40,568 bases of DNA from Nemertoderma westbladi (lineage: Eukaryota; Animalia; Xenacoelomorpha). Numbering within the stretch: position 1 is the stretch's first letter; the number at the start of each line of letters is the position of its first letter. This document shows, piece after piece, positions 11,201 through 24,000 of this stretch. Below the pieces are notes generated by a model. That model saw only the letters and a program-made list of their open reading frames with translations. It made no database searches and was not told the DNA's origin. The position numbers and the translations under genes were made by a program. The DNA lies in the NCBI GenBank assembly GCA_032718475.1, contig JAUCBJ010004339.1, positions 1 to 40,568 on the forward strand, written 5' to 3'.

Positions 11201-11552
11201 GGTTGCTACACAAGACTACTAAGGGCAGCCCTAAACATCAGCTGGAGACAACACATGACAAACGCCGAGCTTTATGGTACAATACCACCTGTATCAACCA
11301 CCCTCCGTGAACGCAGATTAAGATTCAGTGGGCACTGCTGGCGAAGTAAAGACGAGGTCATACCAGATCTACTTCTCTGGCAACCAACTCATGGAAAGCG
11401 TAGTCGTGGACGACCTGCCATAACATATATAGATCAACTTGAAAGGGATACTGAACTTGGGAGAAACGAAATTGCGACAACTATGGAGAATCGGGAAGCC
11501 TGGAAGGATCTCATTTCCACTGTCCGAGTTCGCTCGACCTAGTAGTAGTAGT
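8233..11552 (+). mobile_element. Apparently full-length RTE-clade LINE with 14-bp TSD and (TAG)n tail
   Basis: agtataatataata at 8219-8232 and 11553-11566. Single APE-RT ORF architecture, with a tagtagtag tail directly at the stop codon. Confidence 0.92.
8592..11542 (+). pseudogene. RTE ORF (AP endonuclease + reverse transcriptase) split by one frameshift at about 9756-9771
   Basis: APE motifs ATMNARTL, CIQEH, YSPT, GDLNA, QLDYIL, SDH. RT motifs QNGFR, VDFKKAFDS, GVLQGDTLAP, DFADD, FQYLGS. Removing 8 nt joins the two tracked ORFs. Confidence 0.9.
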
Positions 11553-11679
11553 AGTATAATATAATATAATATAATTAAATAGTAAATAGTAAATAAATCA
11601 ATTTTAATTTTCACTGATTTAGATTTCTTGCGCAGTTTTGTTTATTTGGTTAATACAGTCCAGATACAGTTATGTACAA

Positions 11680-12915
11680 ACACTTATTGGTACTCACTTA
11701 CTGTTTCTTTCACTTACTGGCACTCACCTACTAGGTCTCATTCATCGGTACTCACTTACTCCTCCACTCACTTACTGGCACTCAATTACTGCCACTCACT
11801 TCCTGGAACTCTCAAACTCTCAATATGGAACTAACTTACTGGTACTCATTTACTTTCACTCACTTACTGGCACTCACTTACTGGTACTGAAGTCCAGGAA
11901 CTCACTTACAGGAACTCACTTACTGGCACCCTCTTACTGGCACTCACTTCCTGGAACTCTCAATATGGAACTAACTTACTGGTACACACTTACTCTTACT
12001 GGTACTCACTTACTGGTACTCAAGTCCAGGAACTCACATATAGGAACTCACTTACTGGAACTCATTTACTGTTTCACTCACTCACTGGTACTCAAGTCCA
12101 GTAACTCACTAACAGGAATTAACTTCCAGGAACTCACTTACTGGTACTCACTTACAGGCACTCACTTACAAACATCAATTACTGGTACTAAGCTACTTGC
12201 ATTCAATTACTGGCACTCACTTACTGGTACTGAAGTCCAGGAACTCACTTACAGGAACTCACTTACTGGCACTCCCTTACTGGCACTCACTTCCTGGAAC
12301 TCTCAATATGGAACTCACTTACTGGTACTCAAGTCCAGGAACTCACTTACTGGAACTCATTTACTGTTTCAGTCACTCACTGGTACTCACGTACAGGTAC
12401 TCAAGTCCAGTAACTCAAGTCCAGTAACTAACTTACTGGAAGTCACTTACAGGAACTCACTTACTGGTACTCACTTACTAACATTAATTACTGGTACTAA
12501 GTTACTTGCATTCAATTACTGGCACTCACTTACTGGTACTCAATCACTGGCACTCACTTACTAACATTAATTACTGGTACTCAGTTACTGGCATTCAATT
12601 ACTGGCACTCACTTACTGGTACTCACTTACTCGCACTCAAGTATTAGTTTATGTAAAGGTGCTCATCTTCTGGCGCTCGCTTAATGGTACTCACTTACTT
12701 ACATTTTAACTTACTGGCACTCACTGTGTGGCACTTACTTAATGACATTAACTTAATGGCACTCATTTACTGGCAATCACTTACTGGCACTCGCTTAATG
12801 GTACTCACTTACTGGTACTCACTTACTGGCGCTCACGTTCACTAACTCACTGGCACTCACTTACAGGTACTAACTTACTGGCACTCACTTACTGACATTC
12901 ACTTACTGGTACTCT
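11680..12915. repeat. Degenerate 14-bp minisatellite (actcacttactggy) with higher-order blocks
   Basis: Recurrent actcacttactggc/t units; longer blocks recur (e.g. ttcctggaactctcaatatggaact). Confidence 0.9.
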
Positions 12916-13758
12916 TATACTAGTATTCTAAACCAAGTGGTTTACTTTATAGTAGTCAACCCAGTACTAGTCTTCATTATAAGCCTCGTTGCGCTCATCC
13001 TGTCCTTTCGTAAATTATTTTCCTTAACGCAGACTGATCACCTTTATCACTATGCAAAGTCTCGAAACTGTGCGAGTAACTGCTGATTTATGGCAGATGG
13101 ATAATATACATACGTAGATAGATACCAAATATTACAAAATGCTCACCTCGCCCAAACAGGCAGGCTAGGTATAAATTTAAAAAATGCAAAGTGAAATTGC
13201 ATTCTATAAATCATTTGGCATGGTGTAGAATATGCATCTTTAAAATGCCCATATTTCAGCTTTTTTTAACTTAATTGAGATTGTGTTGCATATTTGGAAT
13301 CCCTGCAACTTACAAGTGAAAATTGCGATCTTCCTCGCAAATTGACCGCAAGGTAAAAAAGTATCGTTTATTGTTTCGGTTAGCAAACACCGCCACTGTA
13401 ACATGCTCTGTTCCCTTTTAAATTAAATTTAATTAATTCGCGCTATTGATGCGAATTAAGACACTATAATTCCAGAACATGGTGTATTTCGAATCTGCTT
13501 TTGGAGCTTTTGATCATATCCCAATCATATTCTAATAATTGTTTGCTGAGTTTGCTATCGTAGAGCAATTTCAATTTCAGTTTAATGTAAATATCTCGCG
13601 TAGTGCTGTAAAGTTCACTTTAATTCGCCTTTGATTGACCAGCTGTAATGTGATATGTTATTCTGTAAAGTTATATTGTGCTCTTTATAATCAGCCATTT
13701 AATAACTAAAACTTGTAATGAAACTCAAAATAAACAAACTAAATAAACAATGTTGAGG

Positions 13759-14496
13759 TTAACTCTGTTGTAGTTCAGTTGATAAGCCTCCAGTTTGGGG
13801 CGCTGCTAACTCCTCCAACAAAGCCACGGTTTCATCCATCCTACCAGCGGCAACCCTTCCATCCGCCACCCCACCAGCGGCAACCCTTCCATCCGCCACC
13901 CCACCAGCGCCAACCCTTCCATCCGCCACCCCACCAGCGCCAACCCTTCCATCCGCCACCCTACCAGCGGCAACCCTTCCATCCGCCACCCTACCAGCGG
14001 AAACCCTTCCATCCGCCACCCCACCAGCGCCAACCCTTCCATCCGCCACCCCACCAGCGCCAACCCTTCCATCCGCCACCCTACCAGCGGCAACCCTTCC
14101 ATCCGATTCGCCTCCCGGCATACTAAACTCGGCATTAGTTTGTTGGGCCACGGCCAAATAACTTTCCATCTGATCGGTTGGAAGTGATTTGAATTGCGCG
14201 AGTTTGATGGCCTCCGTGTAATAGATTGCCGCCTGCGTTGGATCGCCTCGCTTCAGCGCTAATGAACCTTGATTGATGGTTATATCGACTACGGAGTCCA
14301 GATTGTTAGCCGTCGCGAGGGCAGCAGCCGACTCCAGGGATAGTTGGGCCTCGGCTAAGTTACCTAGTAGACTCTGTACCGTAGCCAGACTGTTGTGAAG
14401 GTCGGCTAGACGGTTTGTATCAGACTTAGTCAGGGTGGTAGTAGGAGCGCCCCCTATTGGATTCATTGTATAACCCAAAGCCAATTTAAATAAGGC
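13759..14496 (-). CDS. TTC19: TTC19 coding exon 2 (further TPRs plus repeat tail); spliced protein about 554 aa
   Basis: Acceptor ttatttacttacag|GCC at 14497/14496, phase 0. The junction reads RYTGSQ|ALFKLALGY, continuing a TPR, followed by LHNSLATVQSLLGNLAEA and INQGSLALKRGDPTQAAIYYTEAIKLA. Confidence 0.82.
   Translation of the reverse strand, partial: ALFKLALGYTMNPIGGAPTTTLTKSDTNRLADLHNSLATVQSLLGNLAEAQLSLESAAALATANNLDSVVDITINQGSLALKRGDPTQAAIYYTEAIKLAQFKSLPTDQMESYLAVAQQTNAEFSMPGGESDGRVAAGRVADGRVGAGGVADGRVGAGGVADGRVSAGRVADGRVAAGRVADGRVGAGGVADGRVGAGGVADGRVAAGGVADGRVAAGRMDETVALLEELAAPQTGGLSTELQQS
13834..14105 (-). repeat. 30-bp coding minisatellite, 9 copies (DGRV[AGS]AG[RG]VA) in the TTC19 C-terminus
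   Basis: Unit ttccatccgccaccccaccagcgccaaccc, in frame with exon 2. Confidence 0.92.
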
Positions 14497-14534
14497 CTGT
14501 AAGTAAATAAATAAACAATAGTGAATCTATATTG

Positions 14535-16858
14535 TATAATATACAGCTGATTCACACCTTACACCTATAATATACAGCTGATTCACACCTTACACCTATA
14601 ATATACAGCTGATTCACACCTTACACCTATAATATACAGCTGATTCACACCTTACACATATAATATACAGCTGATTCACACCTTACACCTATAATATACA
14701 GCTGATTCACACCTTGCACCTATAATATACAGCTGATTCACACCTTACACCTATAATATACAGCTGATTCACACCATACACCTATAATATACAGCTAATT
14801 CACACCTTACACCTATAATATACAGCTGATTCACACCTTACACCTATAATATACAGCTGATTCACACCTTGCACCTATAATATACAGCTGATTCACACCT
14901 TACACCTATAATATACAGCTGATTCACACCTTGCACCTATAATATACAGCTGATTCACACCTTACACCTATAATATACAGCTGATTCACATCTTGCACCT
15001 ATAATATACAGCTGATTCACACCTTGCACCTATAATATAGAGCTGATTCACACCTTGCACCTATAATATAGAGCTGATTCACACCTTGCACCTATAATAT
15101 ACGGCTGATTCACACCTTGCACCTATAATATACAGCTGATTCACACCTTACACCTATAATATACAGCTGATTCACACCTTACACCTATAATATACAGCTG
15201 ATTCACACCTTACACCTATAATATACAGCTGATTCACACCTTACACCTATAATATACAGCTGATTCACACCTTACACCTATAATATACAGCTGATTCACA
15301 CCTTACACCTATAATATACAGCTGATTCACACCTTACACCTATAATATACAGCTGATTCACACCTTGCACCTATAATATACAGCTGATTCACACCTTACA
15401 CCTATAATATACAGCTGATTCACACCTTACACCTATAATATACAGCTGATTCACACCTTACACCTAAAATATACAGCTGATTCACACCTTACACCTATAA
15501 TATACAGCTGATTCACACCTTACACCTATAATATACAGCTGATTCACACCTTACACCTATAATATACAGCTGATTCACACCTTACACCTATAATATACAG
15601 CTGATTCACACCTTACACCTATAATATACAGCTGATTCACACCTTGCATCTATAATATACAGCTGATTCACACCTTACACCTATAATATACAGCTGATTC
15701 ACACCTTACACCTATAATATACAGCTGATTCACACCTTACACCTATAATATACAGCTGATTCACACCTTGCACCTATAATATACAGCTGATTCACACCTT
15801 ACACCTATAATATACAGCTGATTCACACCATACACCTATAATATACAGCTGATTCACACCTTGCACCTATAATATAGAGCTGATTCACACCTTGCACCTA
15901 TAATATAGAGCTGATTCACACCTTGCACCTATAATATACAGCTGATTCACACCTTACACCTATAATATACAGCTGATTCACACCTTGCACCTATAATATA
16001 CAGCTGATTCACACCTTACACCTATAATATACAGCTGATTCACACCTTACACATATAATATACAGCTGATTCACACCTTACACCTATAATATACAGCTGA
16101 TTCACACCTTACACCTATAATATACAGCTGATTCACACCTTACACCTATAATATACAGCTGATTCACACCTTACACCTATAATATACAGCTGATTCACAC
16201 CTTACACCTATAATATACAGCTGATTCACACCTTACACCTATAATATACAGCTGATTCACACCTTACACCTATAATATACAGCTGATTCACACCTTGCAC
16301 CTATAATATACAGCTGATTCACACCTTGCACCTATAATATACAGCTGATTCACACCTTACACCTATAATATACAGATGATTCACACCTTGCACCTATAAT
16401 ATACAGCTGATTCACACCTTGCACCTATAATATACAGCTGATTCACACCTTGCACCTATAATATACAGCTGATTCACTCCTTGCACCTATAATATACAGC
16501 TGATTCACACCTTGCACCTATAATATACAGCTGATTCACACCTTACACCTATAATATACAGCTGATTCACACCTTACACCTATAATATACAGCTGATTCA
16601 CACCTTACACCTATAATATACAGCTGATTCACACCTTACACCTATAATATACAGCTGATTCACACCTTACACCTATAATATACAGCTGATTCACACCTTA
16701 CACCTATAATATACAGCTGATTCACACCTTACACCTATAATATACAGCTGATTCACACCTTACACCTATAATATACAGCTGATTCACACCTTGCACCTAT
16801 AATATACAGCTGATTCACACCTTACACCTATAATATACAGCTGATTCACACCTTACAC
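14535..16858. repeat. 31-bp minisatellite, about 75 near-identical copies, in the TTC19 intron
   Basis: Unit tataatatacagctgattcacaccttRcacc; the array ends about 37 bp from the splice acceptor. Confidence 0.97.
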
Positions 16859-17246
16859 TTGTGATACATTTATTCATATTGGTTACTTACATTTCATTTT
16901 TGTATTTTTATGTTACATTTCCATTTATAAATAACAGAGTTGAATACGAAAGTAAGAAAATCTCAACATGGAACCCCGTGGCACAAATAAACAATATTTA
17001 AACGGGGAGTTCCTTCTTGAAACACACCAGAGCCAATCAAACCACCGTGCACCACAGTGTAGTGTATTCATGGAGGTTATCACAACTAAGTCATATATAA
17101 TTTAGAGGAGGCACATTATTGCCATCGACCAGAAAGGGCCGTAAAGGGATTAGATTACATCTGCTTTATGGCACGAACAAAATTTACCCCAAAATCTGGA
17201 ATATCTCAAATGGGAAATTATCTTTAAGTGAGTGAAGTTGACCAAC

Positions 17247-18173
17247 CTGTGAGCCTGTATACCTCCCCTGAGTGAAACAAAACCTCGCGTAGTTATCCAA
17301 ACACGTAACGTACAACTCCCTCACTCGCTTCTCGAGTTTGGAACCGCCTTTATTGGCGGCCGAGAACGAGAACCAACTGCGTTCCACTGGCGGAACGTCG
17401 GCGTTCCGCTCTGCGAACCGGCCCAAGGAACGCACGCAGTAACGGAACCCGTTCCCTGCCTTGCTGTCCAACCCCATAGCTGAATAAAGGTTGGCGAGTT
17501 TGAGATTAAGTTCTATGAGGGCGGGTGAGTGTTCCTGTGAGCCGGCAGACAGTAACCGAGTCATACTGCTCTTGTACAAAGTCTCCGCAGTACTGTACTC
17601 GCCTTGAAGGAAGGACACATCACCTAACTCATCATACACCAAAACAATTGCCTTCTCTAACGATATGTGCTGCCCTATAACGAAGGCATTGTACAGCGTA
17701 ATGTTAGCCAACTCCAACTGCCCCGAGCGTTTGTGTTTTTTAGCGGTTAGTATTAAATTTTTTATTTCCATTTCCAGTTCCGACTTTGGGCTGTAAAGGT
17801 AGGAAAGTAGAATGTAGACCGCCAACCCTAGGAATGCTACAACCATTGCGGCGATCGCGTAGTCCAACCAGTTGACCGTTGGCGTGATCCTATTGTGGTA
17901 GTAAGAGTAACTTCGTATAACACGGGTTATGTTATTCGCTAGTTGTAGGCCTACAGAAACGGGTACGGGGGTTACGCGGATTCCAGTACCAGGGGCCGCG
18001 CTGTAATACTGTTTACTTGTTACGGTGTGCTTCATATAAATCGATAACGGTGAAGGAATTCCAAATTTTGTTGGGTATATAAAACATCTTGGGTTTGTTG
18101 TAAAGTTAGCTGCTGCTGCTGCAGATAGACAACAAACGGTAGGTCGTGCGCCAAACAGGCACGCAGGATACAT
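17247..18173 (-). CDS. TTC19: TTC19 (mitochondrial complex III assembly/quality-control TPR protein), coding exon 1
   Basis: Basic presequence-like N-terminus and a hydrophobic helix, then EKAIVLVYDELGDVSFLQGEYSTAETLYKSSMTRLLSAG, ALIELNLKLANLYS..KAGNGFRYCV and CLDNYARF, matching recalled TTC19 motifs. Donor CAG|GTTGGT at 17247/17246, phase 0 (309 codons). Confidence 0.88.
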
Positions 18174-20715
18174 TGTGTGTTGCTCAGAGAACTAAATCCT
18201 GATTCAAGATATAAATCCAAAACAGAGTGGGTTAGGTAAGTATGATTGGGTACAGACGTTGAATGGTAGTTGGTCAATCAACGGGTGGCAAACCTGAGAA
18301 AATACCGGTACAGCAGTACAGTAATATTCACTAACAACTCACTGACATGTGGATGTGGAATACTGCTGTACTGCTCCTTACTCGGTCAGCAATCACATCC
18401 TAACTGGGGGTAATTCAAATTTCCCTCTTGTTTTCGGACGAAAGCAGCTCAATGAGCAGTTTATGCAAGGACAACTTTATTCGTTTTTACAATTAATTCA
18501 GAAAGATAAATTCTACATTAATGATTTTAAAATTTTTTTTTAATACAGGTTGTATAACGATCCCTGCACTATTTATTATTTTAATGGAAAAATGTTCAAG
18601 AACTAAAAATGTGTCCTAGATCCTTAATTGATAGAGATAATATGTACAAAAACTAGCTAGTTTAAAAATTCATGTTTTTTAAATAAAATGTTCTAGAACC
18701 AAAAATGTGTTCTTGAACTTTAATATTTTTCTTAATTGATAGATAACATGTTCTCGAACATTTTGCTGTCATGTAATATTAATAATTTATACTATAATTG
18801 TAAAAACTAGCTAGCATAAAAAATCTGGTCTATGGGTAAAAAAGGTGTAGCTTTGACCGTATTATATTGTGTATAAAGTAAAGTTCCTTTATCTCGTTTC
18901 GGTCCCTCGTTTCATTGTTTCTCTCACTCGCTTCGCTCGTTCCTGTAAGTAGTCGATCTTGGGACTGCCGTGAGATAAAAATCATACTTTTACAAAATGT
19001 AGTAAATAGTTAAAATAAAGCGATATACTATGCAATGTGCTAAACATGGTCATTTTTGTGGAGTTAGCACTCGTCTCCTTCTTGTATCGTTGCGCTCGGC
19101 CTACCCTACACAGCACATCTGTTCACCAAAATATTTAGCTTTCAACCTTCTTTAACCGGTACCGATCAAAATGCGGTGTATTGTTCAATAAGTTAAACCT
19201 GTCCGTTAAAGCTGTCCTGGTAGTTTAAGAACCGAATTTCTGCCATTTCTGTAGCAATGTTGGCTATGACAATGTTATGCATCTTCTAAACATTTAAAGT
19301 GGATGTAAATTATCTAGTATCTTATTCAATGGATATCTTCCACGCTAAAGCAATCGAGAATACTCAAACCATGTTCAACAGTAGTAGCTCACTAACAGTA
19401 ACAGTACTGACTGACTGAGTTCACTAACAGTAGTAGTTTGTACACTGTAGGCCTACAGTTTGTACCTAAGGTATCTGTGTGAAAAAAAACACTCGAAAGT
19501 AATTATTTATAACATTTGAGAAAAATAAGTAATAATTGAATAAGAAGCCATTCAATAATAATACTGTATATTACTAATTATCTGATGGCAAGTATAGTGA
19601 ATGAAACTGAAAGTAATTATAATAATATCACCAAAGAATATATCAGTAAATAAAGGATAATTTACAGGTTTGTTAATGACAATAATATATGTCGGAATGT
19701 GTCTGGAATGTGGAAAGAGTTTATTAACGCAGGTGCGTATTCATTCACCCCCAGCACCGTCAAAATAACTAAAATAACGGCAACCAAATGTATACAAATT
19801 GTAAATAAATATTAAATCAATAATGAACTTACCCTATTACATAATTAATCATTTAATTGGTACCACTAACATGCCTACAGGTTTCATCAGATTTAATTTG
19901 ACTTAAAATTGTTATTTTTAGAATAAATAGGAAACCGTTTTGTGACAGGCACTTAAAATCTATAATCACGCGAGGAAATAAAAAGCAAAAAAAAGTGACG
20001 GTTATTGCACCATAAATACAAGTGAATCGAGTAAATGTACCTATTTTCCGCCAAAACGCAACTGACAACTAAGACAAGGAGGTGGGCTAAAAAATCAATT
20101 CATCGAAGGGGTTTGTTTGGCTCATTTCACAAAAACCTGACATACAAAGGACATACAAATAAATGTAATTCTAAAAAACTGCACGAATTGGTAAAATAGC
20201 ATCTCAAAATGCCAGCTCATTATAAATGTAAAAGTGTTCCACATCATATAATTACTATCAATGGTCCGGGGTTCCGTAGATATGGTTTACGTGGTCGCGG
20301 CCATTACCAAAGTTTGATATAGTGGATTCTGGAATAATGCTTCACGGTAGTGCTTATTATGTAACAAACATGAAGTCGGTATCTATAATACTTAAAGAGA
20401 AAGATAAGGTTGAATCAGCTTCATCGTGGCCTATATGCACTACACGCAATGTAGTTAGACCCCACAGGGGAGAACGAGAACACCCGACATTCATTGGTCA
20501 CATTTTGTGAGTCTGGGTCAAAAAAAACATACTGAGCTGGGAGATTTGGCAGGGCAAAGAAAGTAAAACAGAGGCAATATCATTAATAATGGAAAATAGA
20601 TTATTGGAAAAACATTCCCTCTACTTGCTAGTACAGTAGGTTCAATTGAGGAATGTTTCACACAATTAATTACCTTTTAAGTATTAACATACAATTATTC
20701 AGTATTATATATTTA

Positions 20716-20942
20716 TTATTCAGTTGCTTTGTTTTCAGTTACTTCATCAGATTGGTCAGTAGGTTTTACAGGTGTTGCCCCGTGTGATCCCGTCCGAACT
20801 ACTGGCTGCTGGGGTCCGGTCTGTACACTCGTACCGGTACTGGGATACGGACAGTCGGTAGGTGACTGGTCGGTACCGGAACTGGAGCGAGATGAGGGGG
20901 CATCGGAACGCGAAGCGGCAGACTGCCGCGAGATGGCATAAC
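20716..20942 (-). CDS. RUNX1T1: ETO/MTG gene, probable terminal coding exon (S/T/P-rich tail)
   Basis: Acceptor tctcccccttctag|GT, phase 1 matching the upstream donor. Reads GYAISRQSAASRSDAPSS...ENKATE* with TAA at 20718-20716; higher GC than its flanks. Confidence 0.7.
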
Positions 20943-21042
20943 CTAGAAGGGGGAGATGAAATTGTTTGGGAACAGGGAATATAGTGCTGGGCCAAACTAA
21001 TTACATCAATAATTATTATAAACCGTATAAATTGACCCGATC

Positions 21043-24000
21043 CGTATCTATGTTTACAGTTTACCTGACTCGGTATTAATTTTTCTAGTGTCCTGTATCT
21101 GTCTACAATTTACCTGACTCGGTATATTGATTTTTCTAGTGTCCTGAATCTGGCACAGTTTAACTGACTCAGAATATTGATTTTTCTAGTGTCCTGTATC
21201 TGTCTACAGTTTACCTGACTCGGTATTGATTTTTCTAGTGTCCTGTATCTGTTTACAGTTTTCCTGACTCGGTATATTGATTTTTCTAGTGTCCTGTATC
21301 TGTCTACAGTTTAACTGACTCGGTATTGATTTTTCTAGTGTCCTGTATCTGTTTACAGTTTTCCTGACTCGGTATATTGATTTTTCTAGTGTCCTGTATC
21401 TGTCAACAGTTTTCCTGACTCGGTATATTGATTTTTCTAGTGTCCTGTATCTGTCTACAGTTTAACTGACTCGGTATATTTATTTTTCTAGTGTCCTGTA
21501 TCTGTCTACAGTTTACCTGACTCGGAATTGATTTTTCTAGTGTCCTGTATCTGTCTACAGTTTACCTGACTCGGTATATTAATTTTTCTAGTGTCCTGTA
21601 TCTGTTTACAGTTTTCCTGACTCGGTATATTGATTTTTCTAGTGTCCTGTATCTGTTTACAGTTTACCCGACTCGGTATTGATTTTCTAGTGTCCTGTAT
21701 CTGTCTACAGTTTAACTGACTCGGTATATTTATTTTCCTAGTGTCCTGTATCTGTATACAGTTTAACTGACTCGGTATATTTATTTTTCTAGTGTCCTGT
21801 ATCTGTCAACAGTTTTCCTGACTCGGTATATTTATTTTTCTAGTGTCCTGTATCTGTCAACAGTTTTCCTGGCTCGGTATATTGATTTTTCTAGTGTCCT
21901 GTATCTGTCTACAGTTTACCTGACTCGGAATTGATTTTTCTAGTGTCCTGTATCTGTTTACAGTTTTCCTGACTCGGTATATTGATTTTTCTAGTGTCCT
22001 GTATCTGTCTACAGTTTACCTGACTCGGTATTGATTTTTCTAGCGACCTGTATCTGTCTACAGTTTACCTGACTCGGTATTGATTTTTCTAGTGTCATGT
22101 ATCTGTTTACAGTTTAATCGACTCGGTAATGATTTTTCTAGTGTCCTGTATCTGTTTACAGTTTTCCTGACTCGGTATATTGATTTTTCTATTGTCCTGT
22201 ATCTGTCTACAGTTTAACTGACTCGGAATTGATTTTTCTAGTGTCCTGTATCTGTTTACAGTTTTTCTGACTCGGTATATTGATTTTTCTAGTGTCCTGT
22301 ATCTGTCTACAGTTTAACTGACTCAGAATATTGATTTTTCTAGTGTCCTGTATCTGTCTACAGTTTACCTGACTCGGTATTGATTTTTCTAGTGTCCTGT
22401 ATCTGTTTACAGTTTTCCTGACTCGGTATATTGATTTTTCTAGTGTCCTGTATCTGTCTACAGTTTAACTGACTCAGAATATTGATTTTTCTAGTGTCCT
22501 GTATCTGTTTACAGTTTTCCAGACTCGGTATATTGATTTCTCTAGTGTCCTGTATCTGTCTACAGTTTACCTGACTCGGTATATTGATTTTTCTAGTGTC
22601 CTGTATCTGTTTACAGTTTACCCGACTCGGTATTGATTTTCCTAGTGTCCTGTATCTGTCTACAGTTTAACTGACTCGGTATATTTATTTTCCTAGTGTC
22701 CAGTATCTGTCTACAGTTTAACTGACTCTGTATTGATTTTTCCAGTGTGTCCTGTATCTGTTTACAGTTTTCCTGACTCGGTATATTGATTTTTCTAGTG
22801 TCCTGTATCTGTCTACAGTTTACCTGACTCGGTATATTGATTTTTCTAGTGTCCTGTATCTGTTTACAGTTTAACTGACTCAGAATATTGATTTTTCTAG
22901 TGTTCTGTATCTGTCTACAGTTTACCTGACTCGGTATTGATTTTTCTAGTGTCCTGTATCTGTCTACAGTTTAACTGACTCAGAATATTGATTTTTCTAG
23001 TGTTCTGTATCTGTCTACAGTTTACCTGACTCGGTATTGATTTTTCTAGTTTCCTGTATCTGTCTACAGTTTAACTGACTTAGTATTGATTTTTCTAGTG
23101 TCCTGTATCTGTTTACAGTTTTCCTGACTCGGTATATTGATTTTTCTAGTGTCCTGTATCTGTCTACAGTTTACCTGACTCGGTATATTGATTTTTCTAG
23201 TGTCCTGTATCTGTCTACAGTTTAACTGACTCAGAATATTGATTTTTCTAGTGTCCTGCATCTGTCTACAGTTTACCTGACTCGGTATTGATTTTTCTAG
23301 TGTCCTGTATCTGTCTACAGTTTAACTGACTCAGTATTGATTTTTCTAGTGTCCTCTATCTGTTTACAGTTTACCTGACTCGGTATATTGATTTTTCTAG
23401 TGTCCTGTATCTGTCTACAGTTTACCTGACTCGGTATTGATTTTTCTAGTGTCCTGTATCTGTCTACAGTTTACCTGACTCGGTATTGATTTTTCTAGTG
23501 TCCTCTATCTGTTTACAGTTTACCTGACTCGGTATATTGATTTTTCTAGTGTCCTGTATCTGTCTACAGTTTAACTGACTCGGTATATTGATTTTTCTAG
23601 TGTCCTGTATCTGTTTACAGTTTTCCTGACTCGGTATATTGATTTTTCTAGTGTCCTGTATCTGTATACAGTTTACCTGACTCAGTATATTGATTTTTCT
23701 AGTGTCCTGTATCTGTTTACAGTTTACCTGACTCGGTATATTGATTTTCCTAGTGTCCTGTATCTGTCTACAGTTTACCTGACTCGGTATATTAATTTTT
23801 CTAGTGTCCTGTATCTGTCTACAGTTTACCTGACTCGGTATTGATTTTTCTAGTGTCCTGTATCTGTCTACAGTTTACCTGACTCGGTATTGATTTTTCT
23901 AGTGTCCTGTATCTGTTTACAGTTTTCCTGACTCGGTATATTGATTTTTCTAGTGTCCTGTATCAGTCAACAGTTTTCCTGACTCGGTATATTGATTTTT

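Noticed and set aside
11628-12709. 308-aa and overlapping ORFs (LTGTHLL repeats)
   Set aside because: Translation of the 14-bp minisatellite, with no domain signal.
13779-14135. HQRQPFHPPP (plus) and MEGLPLVGWR (minus) repeat ORFs
   Set aside because: Alternative frames of the stop-free 30-bp repeat; only the frame continuous with the TTC19 TPRs is supported.
17184-17246. C-terminal VGQLHSLKDNFPFEIFQILG of the 329-aa ORF
   Set aside because: Intron read-through; the phase-0 donor at 17247 joins exon 2 and completes a TPR.
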